Virus record (IMG/VR): IMGVR_UViG_3300045135_000767
Coordinates: 1 to 34,564 of that record
Direction: 5' to 3' (one strand)
Length of the DNA: 34,564 nt
From: a virus
Taxonomy: Duplodnaviria; Caudoviricetes
The notes under the pieces: model-generated
Told to the model about the DNA's origin: nothing
Seen by the model: only the letters and a program-made list of their open reading frames with translations
The model's database searches: none
In this document: positions 6,905-16,234 of the stretch, piece by piece
Position numbering within the stretch: position 1 is the stretch's first letter
How the letters are laid out: each line of letters opens with the position of its first letter
Made by a program: the position numbers and the translations under genes

Positions 6905-7226
6905 TGTGTATATAGTCTTTACCGAGGATAGCGGGCACTGGTGGTCGCCTTTCCTGCATCCGATTATTCAACACTGCTATGTGCTGATACCTGATAGGGG
7001 CCGCTGGATCATCTACGGCAAGACTGAGCAGTACTTCGATCTTTTTACTTTGGACGATCAACCATTTAAACTAGAGCAAGTGATTGTTTTAAAGGCAGAA
7101 CGTAAACAAATTAAACGCGGTCTATTCATGTTAAACACGTGTGTAGGCCATGCTAAACAAATACTTGGGATAAATGACCCGTTTATCCTAACACCCTATC
7201 AACTCTATAAGAGGCTGAAACCGTGA
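6894..7226 (+). CDS. Hypothetical protein, possible permuted papain-like peptidase
   Basis: GTG 6894 with GAGGG RBS; HCYV...NTCV...ILTPYQLYKRL. Confidence 0.65.
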   Translation: MSSDVYIVFTEDSGHWWSPFLHPIIQHCYVLIPDRGRWIIYGKTEQYFDLFTLDDQPFKLEQVIVLKAERKQIKRGLFMLNTCVGHAKQILGINDPFILTPYQLYKRLKP

Positions 7227-7525
7227 AGAAACCAAAGGCACCTAAGAAGTCGGCACAAGAAGTAGCAGTAGAGCGCCGTCAAACTATCATGCTCGATAAA
7301 GAAATCGAGGAGCAAGAAGACCGATTCCGCGCTATGTCACGCGGCAAACTGGGTAAGTCCAGTCTGCTAGGTGGTGCGCCTAGGACTCGTGCTGAAGCTG
7401 CTGGGCGTGGTGCTACTGCTGGTGGCGGTGGTGCTACTGGTGGCCGCACGTCTATGGTCGGTAGCATCCCATCGATGTTCGGTGGTGGTCGTTTCTCTAT
7501 GCCTTCGGGTGGCCAGCAAAGGTAA
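7223..7525 (+). CDS. Pre-portal protein with Gly-rich C-terminus
   Basis: Position before the portal; coiled coil then SLLGG. Confidence 0.75.
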   Translation: MKKPKAPKKSAQEVAVERRQTIMLDKEIEEQEDRFRAMSRGKLGKSSLLGGAPRTRAEAAGRGATAGGGGATGGRTSMVGSIPSMFGGGRFSMPSGGQQR

Positions 7526-7531
7526 AAAATC

Positions 7532-9094
7532 ATGCAAATACCTGATCACTTGGGGTCGTTTAACGACATCGTAACCCGTGAGAAAAAGGCGTTCGATAGT
7601 GAAGCCATGTGGCACACACAGCTATCTGACGTGTACGAATACTTTTTGCCTCAGCGCAACCTGTTCGACCGTGAAGATAAAGGCCAGAAGAAGATGGATC
7701 GCATCTTTGACTCCACTTCACTGACGGCTATTCAACAGGGCGCTAGTAAGCTGCAGGAAAACATCGCACCGATATGGGCGCGTTGGGCTACGTTCCAGCC
7801 GAGTGAACAGGTACTCAAGCTGTTAGAGACTGGTGACTACGGTGTAAGCGAAACCGATATACGCGAGAACCTAGAAAGCCAGGCTGAGATCGTCTTTGAC
7901 TATATCAACCGTTCTAACTTCGGCACGCAGTTCTATGAGGCTGCACTTGATCTGCTGGTGGGTACTGCCACTTTGCGGATAGATGAGACAGACGAGGACG
8001 ATATGCCGTTTGTCTTTCACGCTATCCCACAAAAGGGCATTGCGTTCGAAGAAGGGCCATACGGTACGATTGAAACCCACTGGCGTAGGATGAAGGTTAA
8101 AGCCCGATTACTTGAGCGCATGTACAAAGGGTTTGAGCCGAGCGAGAAGATCGCCAACCTAATCAAGTCTTCACCTGATAACGAGGTGGGCGTGCATGAA
8201 GGTGTTGTGTACTGCCCGAAGATGAAACGCTATTACGGCATGTTGTGGTGTGATGGTGAAGACTCAATCTCATGGTTTGAAGACTTCGGCGTTACTTCGC
8301 CTTGGGTAACTGGTCGATACACCAAGGTGGCTGGTGAAGTTCGTGGTCGTGGGCCTGCTATGCAAACACTGCCCGATGTACGGTCACTTAATAAAGCTAA
8401 AGAGTTTGTACTGCAAAAGGCTGCCATTGATCTAGCGGGCATGTATACGGCCACAGATGATGGTGTGACTAACCCGTACAACATCACTATCAGCCCAGGG
8501 ATTGTTATCCCCGTAGGCAGTAACAACACATCTAACCCGTCTATCCAGCGTTTAGACACTGGCGCTAACTTACAGCTGGCGCAGTTCGAGATCATGGAAT
8601 TGCAGAACGCGATCAAGGTGGCGCTGTTTAATGATCTGCGTGACCCTACTGGGCCTGTTCGCTCTGCTACTGAGATTGCAATCGAGGCAAGAGAGTTAGC
8701 TAAGCGTATCGGTTCAGCGTTCGGTCGATTACAGACTGAGGTGCTTGTACCTATTCTCAAGCGTGTTGTATCTATCCTGACCCGTAGGGGCTTGATTACG
8801 CCTTTACAGCTAGAAGGTAGAGACGTAGACATCAAGTTCACCAGTCCACTAGCGCGTGCTCAGGATGCTGAAGACCTAATGGCTGTACAGCAAGCCGTTC
8901 AGTTTGTGCTAGGTACTGCTGGTCCTGAACAGGTGATGATGGCGTTTAAGACTGAAAACTTCGGTACATGGGCGGCTGAGAAGACGGGTATGTCTAGCGA
9001 GTTAGTGCGGTCTGAATCTGAGAAACAGCAGATCATCCAGGCTGGTGCTCAAGCTGCGCAGATGGGACAACAACAACAACAGGCGGTTGAATGA
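7532..9094 (+). CDS. Portal / head-tail connector (T7 gp8 / BPP-1-like)
   Basis: 520 aa; SNFGTQFYEA..DL..GT, GEVRGRGPA, RSATEI, SPLARAQ. Confidence 0.93.
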   Translation: MQIPDHLGSFNDIVTREKKAFDSEAMWHTQLSDVYEYFLPQRNLFDREDKGQKKMDRIFDSTSLTAIQQGASKLQENIAPIWARWATFQPSEQVLKLLETGDYGVSETDIRENLESQAEIVFDYINRSNFGTQFYEAALDLLVGTATLRIDETDEDDMPFVFHAIPQKGIAFEEGPYGTIETHWRRMKVKARLLERMYKGFEPSEKIANLIKSSPDNEVGVHEGVVYCPKMKRYYGMLWCDGEDSISWFEDFGVTSPWVTGRYTKVAGEVRGRGPAMQTLPDVRSLNKAKEFVLQKAAIDLAGMYTATDDGVTNPYNITISPGIVIPVGSNNTSNPSIQRLDTGANLQLAQFEIMELQNAIKVALFNDLRDPTGPVRSATEIAIEARELAKRIGSAFGRLQTEVLVPILKRVVSILTRRGLITPLQLEGRDVDIKFTSPLARAQDAEDLMAVQQAVQFVLGTAGPEQVMMAFKTENFGTWAAEKTGMSSELVRSESEKQQIIQAGAQAAQMGQQQQQAVE

Positions 9095-9366
9095 GTTGGG
9101 AGCAATTAGAAGTAAACCAGAAAGACGCCGAAGCAAAGAAGGCAGAAATAAGAGAGAAGCAAGTAGAGTTAGCAAAGGCGTATAGTCGGTGCTTCTCTAC
9201 TGAAGACGGTTTTAAAGTACTGGAGGACTTACTCAACCGCTTTGTCATGGATAACGGTACTGACTTCAATTCTCAGAACATTGAGTATGAGGCGGCCTAT
9301 CACAATGGTGAAGCGGGAGTGGTTAAGTTCATTATTCACTTAACGAAGCAAGCGGAAAAACTATGA
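9091..9366 (+). CDS. Bbp19-like post-portal protein
   Basis: Y.RCFSTEDGFKVLEDL...AYHNG...VV pattern and synteny. Confidence 0.7.
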   Translation: MSWEQLEVNQKDAEAKKAEIREKQVELAKAYSRCFSTEDGFKVLEDLLNRFVMDNGTDFNSQNIEYEAAYHNGEAGVVKFIIHLTKQAEKL

Positions 9367-9674
9367 CCGAAACAAAGCGCGGGCGTAAAGCACAGCCCAA
9401 ATACGATGTTGTGTGTGATGAAAAGCCATGGTTAGAAAGTTCAGGCTTCAAGTTTGAATGGCTAGACAAGTTACACGAACAATATGGATTCGATAAGTTC
9501 CAATACCTGCACAAGTTCCGAGCATTCCGATGCTACAAGGAAGATAAGCATTTAGATTGGATCGACGTGAATGACTTGGCGCTGCTGAATGGTGAGCGCC
9601 GAATCATGCAAATCCTGTTGAAACACCAGCAGGTCAGTCCCAAAAGGGCTGTTATTCAATATCCATGGAGATAA
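9363..9674 (+). CDS. Hypothetical protein
   Basis: ORF track; ATGA coupling. Confidence 0.7.
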   Translation: MTETKRGRKAQPKYDVVCDEKPWLESSGFKFEWLDKLHEQYGFDKFQYLHKFRAFRCYKEDKHLDWIDVNDLALLNGERRIMQILLKHQQVSPKRAVIQYPWR

Positions 9675-9676
9675 TT

Positions 9677-10423
9677 ATGGAACAGGCCGTAGAGAGTAAC
9701 GAAGTTACACAAAACGACACCCTGACTTCACTGGTGGACGCTGCTAATCCACAGTTGGGAGAGGGTGAGTACTTTTTAACTGAAGGCATTAAGGGCACAG
9801 GGGACACCCCCGAGTGGTTTAAGGCTGATAAATACAAGTCGATTGCAGACCAAGCCAAGGCGTATACCGAGCTTGAGAAGCGTTTCGGTGGGTTCAAGGG
9901 TGCGCCCAAGGATGGCTACCAAGCCCCAGAAGGTATCGAGCAAGACGATGCTTTGTTTGCTGAGCTAAAGACGTTTGCCGAAGAAACGAACATGTCTCAG
10001 GACGCGTTTGATCGTGCATGGGAGATACTGCAAGCCCAGTCTGAAGCTGTCGAGGAAGTATCTTTAGAAGCTGAGATGGCCAAACTCGGTGACAACGCCA
10101 CTGGTCGCATCAAACACGTTGAGCAGTTCATGAAGAACAACCTAGACCCTGATACCTATGAGCGCCTGCGTTACGCTGTTAACAGTGCTGAGTCGGTTGA
10201 ATTGGTCGAGGCTTTAATCAAGTCTACTGCGCCAGCCAAGCTACCCATTGACGGTGTTGTACAGCCAGGCGGCGTGACTTGGGAAGCAATCGAGGTTGAG
10301 ATGTACAAGAAAGACAACAACGGAAACTTACTTCGTTCGGTTGATCGCAACCATGAAGCTAAGATTCAGCGGATGCTAAAGGAATTTGGTGGCGATAAGC
10401 CATATATTCAAACATTTGGCTAG
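9677..10423 (+). CDS. Capsid scaffolding protein
   Basis: Acidic and helical; PEWF...QAKAYTELEKRFG; precedes the MCP. Confidence 0.8.
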   Translation: MEQAVESNEVTQNDTLTSLVDAANPQLGEGEYFLTEGIKGTGDTPEWFKADKYKSIADQAKAYTELEKRFGGFKGAPKDGYQAPEGIEQDDALFAELKTFAEETNMSQDAFDRAWEILQAQSEAVEEVSLEAEMAKLGDNATGRIKHVEQFMKNNLDPDTYERLRYAVNSAESVELVEALIKSTAPAKLPIDGVVQPGGVTWEAIEVEMYKKDNNGNLLRSVDRNHEAKIQRMLKEFGGDKPYIQTFG

Positions 10424-10424
10424 T

Positions 10425-10576
10425 TTGCTTTCTTATAACTAAATGTTATTATTGATCTGTCGGATACCCGTTTTGGCCTGACAGATTTAAATAAGGTTGT
10501 AGGCTGACCGATCTGTCGGGCACTCAGTCGAAAACCTACAAAACTTTTATTAATTACTCGTTTTGAGGGTTATCAC
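10425..10576 (+). promoter_or_regulatory. Putative promoter (TTGCTT-N16-TATTAT, extended TG) and structured capsid leader
   Basis: Repeat GATCTGTCGG at 10454 and 10510, its complement at 10477-10487, outer TTGTAGG/CCTACAA stem. Confidence 0.55.
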
Positions 10577-11410
10577 ATGAGTAAGAATCTATCTGCTGTA
10601 GCAGTAATTGAGTTTGACAGTATGGTCAAACATGCCTATCAGGGCATGGGCCTGCTGAAAAGCGCAGTAACTGTACGTAATGGTGTAGTCGGCGACACCT
10701 ACAAATTCCGCCGCATGGGTAAAGGTCTTGCTAACCAGAAATCAACTTCTGATCTAGTAACGCCTATGGATGTGGGCCACGAGTTCAAGACTGCTACTCT
10801 TAGCAACTGGAACGCGCCTGAGTACACAGACATCTTTGACGCTGCCGAAGTTAACTTTGACGAGAAGCAAGAATTGGCTAACACCATTGCTGGTGCATTG
10901 GGCCGCCGTTCTGACCAGCTTGTCATTGACGCGATGGACGCTTCAACTCCTTTGACTACTGCAATCGCTGAAGGTGGCACTAACCTTACTATGGCTAAGG
11001 TAATTGCTGCTCAAGTTGCATTGCGTGATCAAGGTGTGCCTAACACTGAGCTATTCGCTGCTATTGAAGCGCAAGGTTTGGGCGGTCTGTTGAACGATGA
11101 GAAGGCTACTTCTGGCGACTACCAGGCTATCAAGGCTTTGGTCTCTGGTGAGATCAACACTTTGTGTGGCTTCCAGTTTGTGATCATCGAGTCACGTACT
11201 GAAGGTGGTTTGACTGAAGCTGCTAACATTGTTGACTCTTGGTTCTTCCAGCGTCCTGCTGTTGGTTTGGCTATCGGCATCGACATGAAGACTGAAATTA
11301 ACTGGATTCCTGAGCGTACCGCATGGTTGACCAACGGTATGTTGAAGGCTGGCGCTGTCGTCCGTGACGAAGGCGGTCTGGTTAAAGTTCAATACGACAA
11401 AACTGCGTAA
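10577..11410 (+). CDS. Major capsid protein
   Basis: Podovirus MCP-like (FDSMVKHAYQ, ALGRRSDQLVIDA, GAVVRDEGGLV); synteny; biased codon use. Confidence 0.9.
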   Translation: MSKNLSAVAVIEFDSMVKHAYQGMGLLKSAVTVRNGVVGDTYKFRRMGKGLANQKSTSDLVTPMDVGHEFKTATLSNWNAPEYTDIFDAAEVNFDEKQELANTIAGALGRRSDQLVIDAMDASTPLTTAIAEGGTNLTMAKVIAAQVALRDQGVPNTELFAAIEAQGLGGLLNDEKATSGDYQAIKALVSGEINTLCGFQFVIIESRTEGGLTEAANIVDSWFFQRPAVGLAIGIDMKTEINWIPERTAWLTNGMLKAGAVVRDEGGLVKVQYDKTA

Positions 11411-11423
11411 AGGAGACTGAATC

Positions 11424-11681
11424 ATGGCATTTTCAAGAAGCGGTCTTTCACGCATTGGTGGTTCTGGTGATGCAAACGCTGTATGGGTTTACTCATCTAC
11501 TGAAGCACCTGCAACTGTTGCTGGTTCTGGCTACTTCAACAACGCAAGCGCTGAGCTTACTGTTGGTGATGTAGTTCTGATTGTTGACACTGACGCACCT
11601 GCCGTCACTGTATCATTCGTTATTTCTAATAGCGGTGGTGTAGTTGACTTGGCTTCTGGTACGGCTGTAGGCAACGTATAA
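11424..11681 (+). CDS. Small virion protein, probable capsid decoration
   Basis: Follows the MCP with a strong AAGGAG RBS, before a hairpin. Confidence 0.7.
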   Translation: MAFSRSGLSRIGGSGDANAVWVYSSTEAPATVAGSGYFNNASAELTVGDVVLIVDTDAPAVTVSFVISNSGGVVDLASGTAVGNV

Positions 11682-11689
11682 GCACAATC

Positions 11690-11714
11690 GGGGGCTTCGG
11701 CCCCCATCTATTTC
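11690..11714 (+). terminator. Hairpin GGGGGC-TTCG-GCCCCC after the capsid genes
   Basis: C(UUCG)G tetraloop; weak U-tract suits partial read-through. Confidence 0.75.
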
Positions 11715-11725
11715 AAAGGTGAGTT

Positions 11726-12283
11726 ATGGCTTCTAAGATAGACCTAATTAGTAATGCTCTCATTCTAATTGGCGATACTCCTATTAACTCCCTGACTGGT
11801 GGTACTCGCGCACAGCAAGTAGCATCGAACCTGTACGACAACATCGTGCAGAATGAATTGACGAAACATCGCTGGGGCTTTGCTAAGAAGAAAGCTCAGC
11901 TGTCCTTAACGACCGATGTGCCTGTCGATAATGAGTGGAAAAGCATATATCAATTGCCCACTGATCTACTGTTCTTAATCAAGCTGTACCCATCTACAAA
12001 TTACGCCCTGTACGGTGACAAAGTGTATACCGATACAAAGGACGCGCTGTACGCTGATTACATTTACAACGTCCCTGAGTCTGAATGGCCTGTATACTTC
12101 TCTAAGATGATTGAGTATGCGCTGGCTAGAGACTTTGCAAGCTCTGTTCGTGATAGTGATTCTGCTAGACAGACTATGTCGGCTGAATACATTAACCAAT
12201 CACGTATGGCCCGATACACCGATTCCCAACAATACCCCGTGGTGCCTGTAGCGTCTAACCCATTCGTCAACGTGAGGTTCTAA
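11726..12283 (+). CDS. Tail tubular protein A / adaptor (T7 gp11-like)
   Basis: KIDLISNALILIGDTPI, H.WGFA, YQLPTD. Confidence 0.85.
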   Translation: MASKIDLISNALILIGDTPINSLTGGTRAQQVASNLYDNIVQNELTKHRWGFAKKKAQLSLTTDVPVDNEWKSIYQLPTDLLFLIKLYPSTNYALYGDKVYTDTKDALYADYIYNVPESEWPVYFSKMIEYALARDFASSVRDSDSARQTMSAEYINQSRMARYTDSQQYPVVPVASNPFVNVRF

Positions 12284-12936
12284 TGTTTGATAACGAGAGC
12301 TTCTCACACGTAGGCGGTAGCTCACCAGCACCGAGAATCTACACATACGAGACTACGGAAGACCGAACGATTGTTCTGGGTTCAGGTTACTTCAACCAGG
12401 CTTACACTAAGCTGCAAGTTAAAGACCTGATCATTGTTAACAACTCGGTTGAGGTTTACACAGCCAAGGTTACAGCGGTATCGAAGAACAGCGTAACGGT
12501 ACAGAAAACGTCATTCCTAGATCGGGAATACGCTTACTATTACTTGGATACTGAAACCATACTCGCCCTAAATGATGATGGAGTGACGTATATCCAAGTG
12601 CCCAATATGAGCGCCAATCCTGTTCGAGACTTTACGATTGATGGCGATACCCTGACTTATACGGGTGTTGGTGGCTTGTTCCAGTTTGTTGGCTCGGTAG
12701 ATATGAGTTCACAGAAAAACGCCGATGTGACTATTGCTTTAGCGATTAACGATGTGATTAGCCCTCAGTCTATTGTTCGCTCGTTTACGTCTGCGAATAA
12801 GAGAGGCTCTGCATCGTCTAACGGGATATTCCAGGTTAACTCTGGCGATGAGTTTAAGGTGATGATGAAAGGCGATGGCACTACGTCACTGGTGGTTGAT
12901 ATCTTCTCTATGAACGTGACATTTATGGAAGTCTAA
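12283..12936 (+). CDS. Virion protein: decoration-like N-domain plus beta-sandwich C-domain
   Basis: N-terminal ~75 aa align with the 11424..11681 protein (GGS, TE, GSGYFN). Confidence 0.75.
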   Translation: MFDNESFSHVGGSSPAPRIYTYETTEDRTIVLGSGYFNQAYTKLQVKDLIIVNNSVEVYTAKVTAVSKNSVTVQKTSFLDREYAYYYLDTETILALNDDGVTYIQVPNMSANPVRDFTIDGDTLTYTGVGGLFQFVGSVDMSSQKNADVTIALAINDVISPQSIVRSFTSANKRGSASSNGIFQVNSGDEFKVMMKGDGTTSLVVDIFSMNVTFMEV

Positions 12937-15416
12937 TGGCTAAGTCTAGGTTCATTCAAAGTACATTTGTAAGCGGTGCATTATCCCCACTGTTAAAAGG
13001 TCGCATTGACTTACAGCAGTACTACCAAGGCGTGGAAACCGCTAGGAATGTGGTCATTGTTCCACAAGGTGGCATGAAGCGCAGGGGTGGCACTGAGTAC
13101 ATTGACACGTCTTTGAGTAGACTGGCCTACCCTGCCCCTGTAATGACTACACCAAACGGTGGAACGCCAGGTAATTTGCGAGATTTGAACGACTCGACTG
13201 TATCTGTAACCACTACGGGCGTCAGTACTACGAACAATTATGTGGTTGCCCAAGCTGATGTTAGTGCATACAGCTTAACTGACATTACTTTTATTGATGT
13301 TAGGGGCATTCTATTAAGCGCAGGAACGTCTACCGAGTTTGATGTTGAGTATTCAGACGATGGTTCATCGTGGACTAAGTTCGTTGATATCCCTTTAATT
13401 GGTAGTAATCCACAAAACTTTCGGTTCTTGGTGGGCTTTGCTAAACCATATTGGCGTGTTGTTCGTGTTGGTACGACTGATCTAGGCACTGCCGTTGTCA
13501 CAATGTCAGAGTTTTCTGTCGTTACCCAGCAAGCGGTTGCATCGAGCGTTAAGCTGATAGATTTTAGCGTTGAATCGAGTCGTCATTACCTACTTGTATT
13601 GTCAGATCAAAACCTACGGGTGTTCACTAAGTCTGGCGTTTACAAGGCTGATATCAAAGTACCGTTCGTTTCTGATGAGGTTCCTGACGTTCGTGACACT
13701 CAGGTTGAAAACGTGATGCTGTTGTTTCACGAGGATAAGCCATCACAACGTCTTATCAACCTTAGTACAGATGAAGACTGGTTCTTAGATGAGATACCTT
13801 GGGTAAATATCCCACAATACGACTATAACGATGATCTTAGTCCTACCCCTGTCGCTGACGTTCAGAGAATGACGCTAACTTCCTTTGTGGCTGGTGATAC
13901 CTTCCAGCTAGACATTGAAGGCGTGTTATCTAAGAACATTACCTATGCTGGTGACGCTACTGCTGATCAACGGGATTCAACTGTATTCAATATCCAGAAG
14001 AACATCCAAGACATGCCTGTTGTCGGTGATACTGGTGTAAGCGTCTCATACGTCTCTGCTGGTGTTTTCGACATTACGATAGGCGGTGAATCGGCTAAAG
14101 ACTTTGAATTGTTCTCAGGCTTCGCTACAAGCGGTACAGCGAGTAAGACAATTGCTTTTGCCAAGACCGCTAATGGCTCGCCAAGAAAAGAAGATGTGTG
14201 GAGTTCGACTAGGGGCTACCCCAAAATGGGCTGCTTCTTTGAAAACCGTTTATGGCTAGGTGGCACCAAGTCTAAAACTCAGAGTTTATTCGGCAGTAAA
14301 ACTGGTTCGTTCTTTGACTTCGACATTGATGATGGTGATGACGATGAGGCAATCTTTGCGACCATCTCATCACGTAAGTTGAATGAGATTATTGACGTAT
14401 TCCCAGGCCGTAACCTGCAAGTCTTTACGTCTGGTGCTGAATTCTCTGTATCGGCTAAACCGATTACCCCTAGCACGATTGATATCTCACCCCAAACGTC
14501 ACACGGTGCCTCATACATTGAGGTTGAAGAAGTGGATGGGGCGACCATGTTCATTGATCGGAATGGTAAAACGTTACGCGACTTTGTATACAGTTTTAAC
14601 GAAGACGCTTACATTACTAATGACAAGTCTGTTCTTTCATCCCATTTAATTAAAACCCCAGTAGATATGGCATTACTAGGTGGTACTCGTAGTGAGGATG
14701 CTAACTGGCTGTTTATTGTCAACAGTGATGGCACTCTGGCTGTATTAAACACCTTAAGGTCTCAGGACATTAACGGCTTTACTGAGTTTGTGTTTAACGG
14801 AAACATCAAATCGTTATGTGTGGTCGATGACGATCTTTTTATAATCAATAATGATTCTGGCTCTCGTGATTATCGGGTCGAGCGATTCAGCTTTGATTAC
14901 CTAATGGACTCCGCTATTAAAGTTAGCCCAACACCAACTCAAACGGTTATCACTGGGCTAGACCATTTAGAAGGTCAGACAGTACAGATTGTAGGTGATG
15001 GCATTGTCCTCACGCCTAAGACGGTAGCCAGTGGTCAGATCACTTTAGAGGCCAATGAGATTGGGTACAGTGAGATTGAGCTAGGTATAAACTTCGTACC
15101 ACAAATTGTACCGATGCCGATCAATACGTCTATTGGATCAGGTCAGAATGCGATGAGATTGAAGCGCATCGTGAGAGTGAATATGCGCGTGTATGAGACA
15201 TATGGCGTTTATGTGGACGGTAACCCTGTTCCGATTAGAACGTTCGGCTCAGTGCCAACTACGCCCTTAGATTCTGCACCAACGGCATTAAGTGGTATTA
15301 TTGATGACGTGTATGATATTAACGGTTGGAATCGTGATGTGATGCCGACCATAAGTGTACCAGACCCAACGCCTTTCCATATCCAGGCGATTGAATACGA
15401 GGTTGAATCATCGTGA
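12936..15416 (+). CDS. Tail tubular protein B / nozzle (T7 gp12, P22 gp10-like)
   Basis: FVSGALSP...N.VIVPQGGMKRRGGT; RGYP...FFENRLWLGG; LQVFTSGAEF. Confidence 0.88.
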   Translation: MAKSRFIQSTFVSGALSPLLKGRIDLQQYYQGVETARNVVIVPQGGMKRRGGTEYIDTSLSRLAYPAPVMTTPNGGTPGNLRDLNDSTVSVTTTGVSTTNNYVVAQADVSAYSLTDITFIDVRGILLSAGTSTEFDVEYSDDGSSWTKFVDIPLIGSNPQNFRFLVGFAKPYWRVVRVGTTDLGTAVVTMSEFSVVTQQAVASSVKLIDFSVESSRHYLLVLSDQNLRVFTKSGVYKADIKVPFVSDEVPDVRDTQVENVMLLFHEDKPSQRLINLSTDEDWFLDEIPWVNIPQYDYNDDLSPTPVADVQRMTLTSFVAGDTFQLDIEGVLSKNITYAGDATADQRDSTVFNIQKNIQDMPVVGDTGVSVSYVSAGVFDITIGGESAKDFELFSGFATSGTASKTIAFAKTANGSPRKEDVWSSTRGYPKMGCFFENRLWLGGTKSKTQSLFGSKTGSFFDFDIDDGDDDEAIFATISSRKLNEIIDVFPGRNLQVFTSGAEFSVSAKPITPSTIDISPQTSHGASYIEVEEVDGATMFIDRNGKTLRDFVYSFNEDAYITNDKSVLSSHLIKTPVDMALLGGTRSEDANWLFIVNSDGTLAVLNTLRSQDINGFTEFVFNGNIKSLCVVDDDLFIINNDSGSRDYRVERFSFDYLMDSAIKVSPTPTQTVITGLDHLEGQTVQIVGDGIVLTPKTVASGQITLEANEIGYSEIELGINFVPQIVPMPINTSIGSGQNAMRLKRIVRVNMRVYETYGVYVDGNPVPIRTFGSVPTTPLDSAPTALSGIIDDVYDINGWNRDVMPTISVPDPTPFHIQAIEYEVESS

Positions 15417-15787
15417 ATCTAGCCTTGCAAAACAATATCTTTAAGCTGCAAGAGTTGATGTTAACTCAAGAGCAGGCCGAGACAGAGACGTTTCATCACT
15501 TCTCGGATGGGATATACGCAAGGGAATTACGAATACCTGCGGGTGTTTGCATTGTTGGTGCATTACACAAAACGCGTCACTTTATGATGGTGTCTAAGGG
15601 TAAGTGCTCGATAGCTACACATGAAGGTTCAGAGATTATTGAAGCGCCTTACATGGTAGAGACACAGCCAGGTATTAAGCGTGTTGTGTACGCTTTTACG
15701 GATACGATCATGACAACGTTTCATGTTACGAACGAAACAGATATTGATAAAATAGCAGAACAGATACTTGTTCCAGAGGTGGAATAA
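15413..15787 (+). CDS. Cupin-like protein
   Basis: HHFSDGIYARELRIPAG..IVGALHKTRH. Confidence 0.7.
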   Translation: MNLALQNNIFKLQELMLTQEQAETETFHHFSDGIYARELRIPAGVCIVGALHKTRHFMMVSKGKCSIATHEGSEIIEAPYMVETQPGIKRVVYAFTDTIMTTFHVTNETDIDKIAEQILVPEVE

Positions 15788-16230
15788 TGAGTTGGTTAAT
15801 CACTGCAATGGCAGTAACGGCAACAGCAACGGCAGTAAGCGCAAGAGGCCAGTATGTTTCTGGTCGCATCCAAGAGGATGAGCTGAAACGTCAAGCTGAG
15901 CAGGAAAAGTTAGCCGCACAAAGCCGAGAGTTACAACGTAGGCAAGAATTAAACCGAGCATTAGCCGCCAATGTTGTTGGCTTTGGTCAGATGGGTATTG
16001 CTGGTGAAGGTACTCCCGCGAGCATTGCGCTAGCAAGTGCTGAGCAGGCAGGCATAAGTGAAGGCGCATTAAGCCTTACGGAAAAACTACGGCAAGCACA
16101 GTTAAGACGACAAGGTTCTGCGGCTGGTCAAATTGGTGCCTTACAGTCTGCCTCTACTTTATTGCAAGGTGGCGCTCAAATAGCATCGCTTGGATCTGGC
16201 GCACAACAAACACAAACACCAGGTGGTTAA
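15787..16230 (+). CDS. Small internal virion / ejection protein (gp14-like)
   Basis: Hydrophobic Ala-rich N-terminus, Gln-rich coiled coil, synteny. Confidence 0.7.
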   Translation: MSWLITAMAVTATATAVSARGQYVSGRIQEDELKRQAEQEKLAAQSRELQRRQELNRALAANVVGFGQMGIAGEGTPASIALASAEQAGISEGALSLTEKLRQAQLRRQGSAAGQIGALQSASTLLQGGAQIASLGSGAQQTQTPGG

Positions 16231-16234
16231 ATAG

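Noticed and set aside
8233-8841. 202-aa minus-strand ORF inside the portal and similar shadow ORFs
   Set aside because: Antisense shadows caused by codon bias of the structural genes
9068-9082. CAA repeat at the portal 3' end
   Set aside because: Ordinary poly-Gln tail in frame
11380-11424. T7-like capsid frameshift or read-through
   Set aside because: No slippery heptamer; the next gene is out of frame and has its own strong RBS
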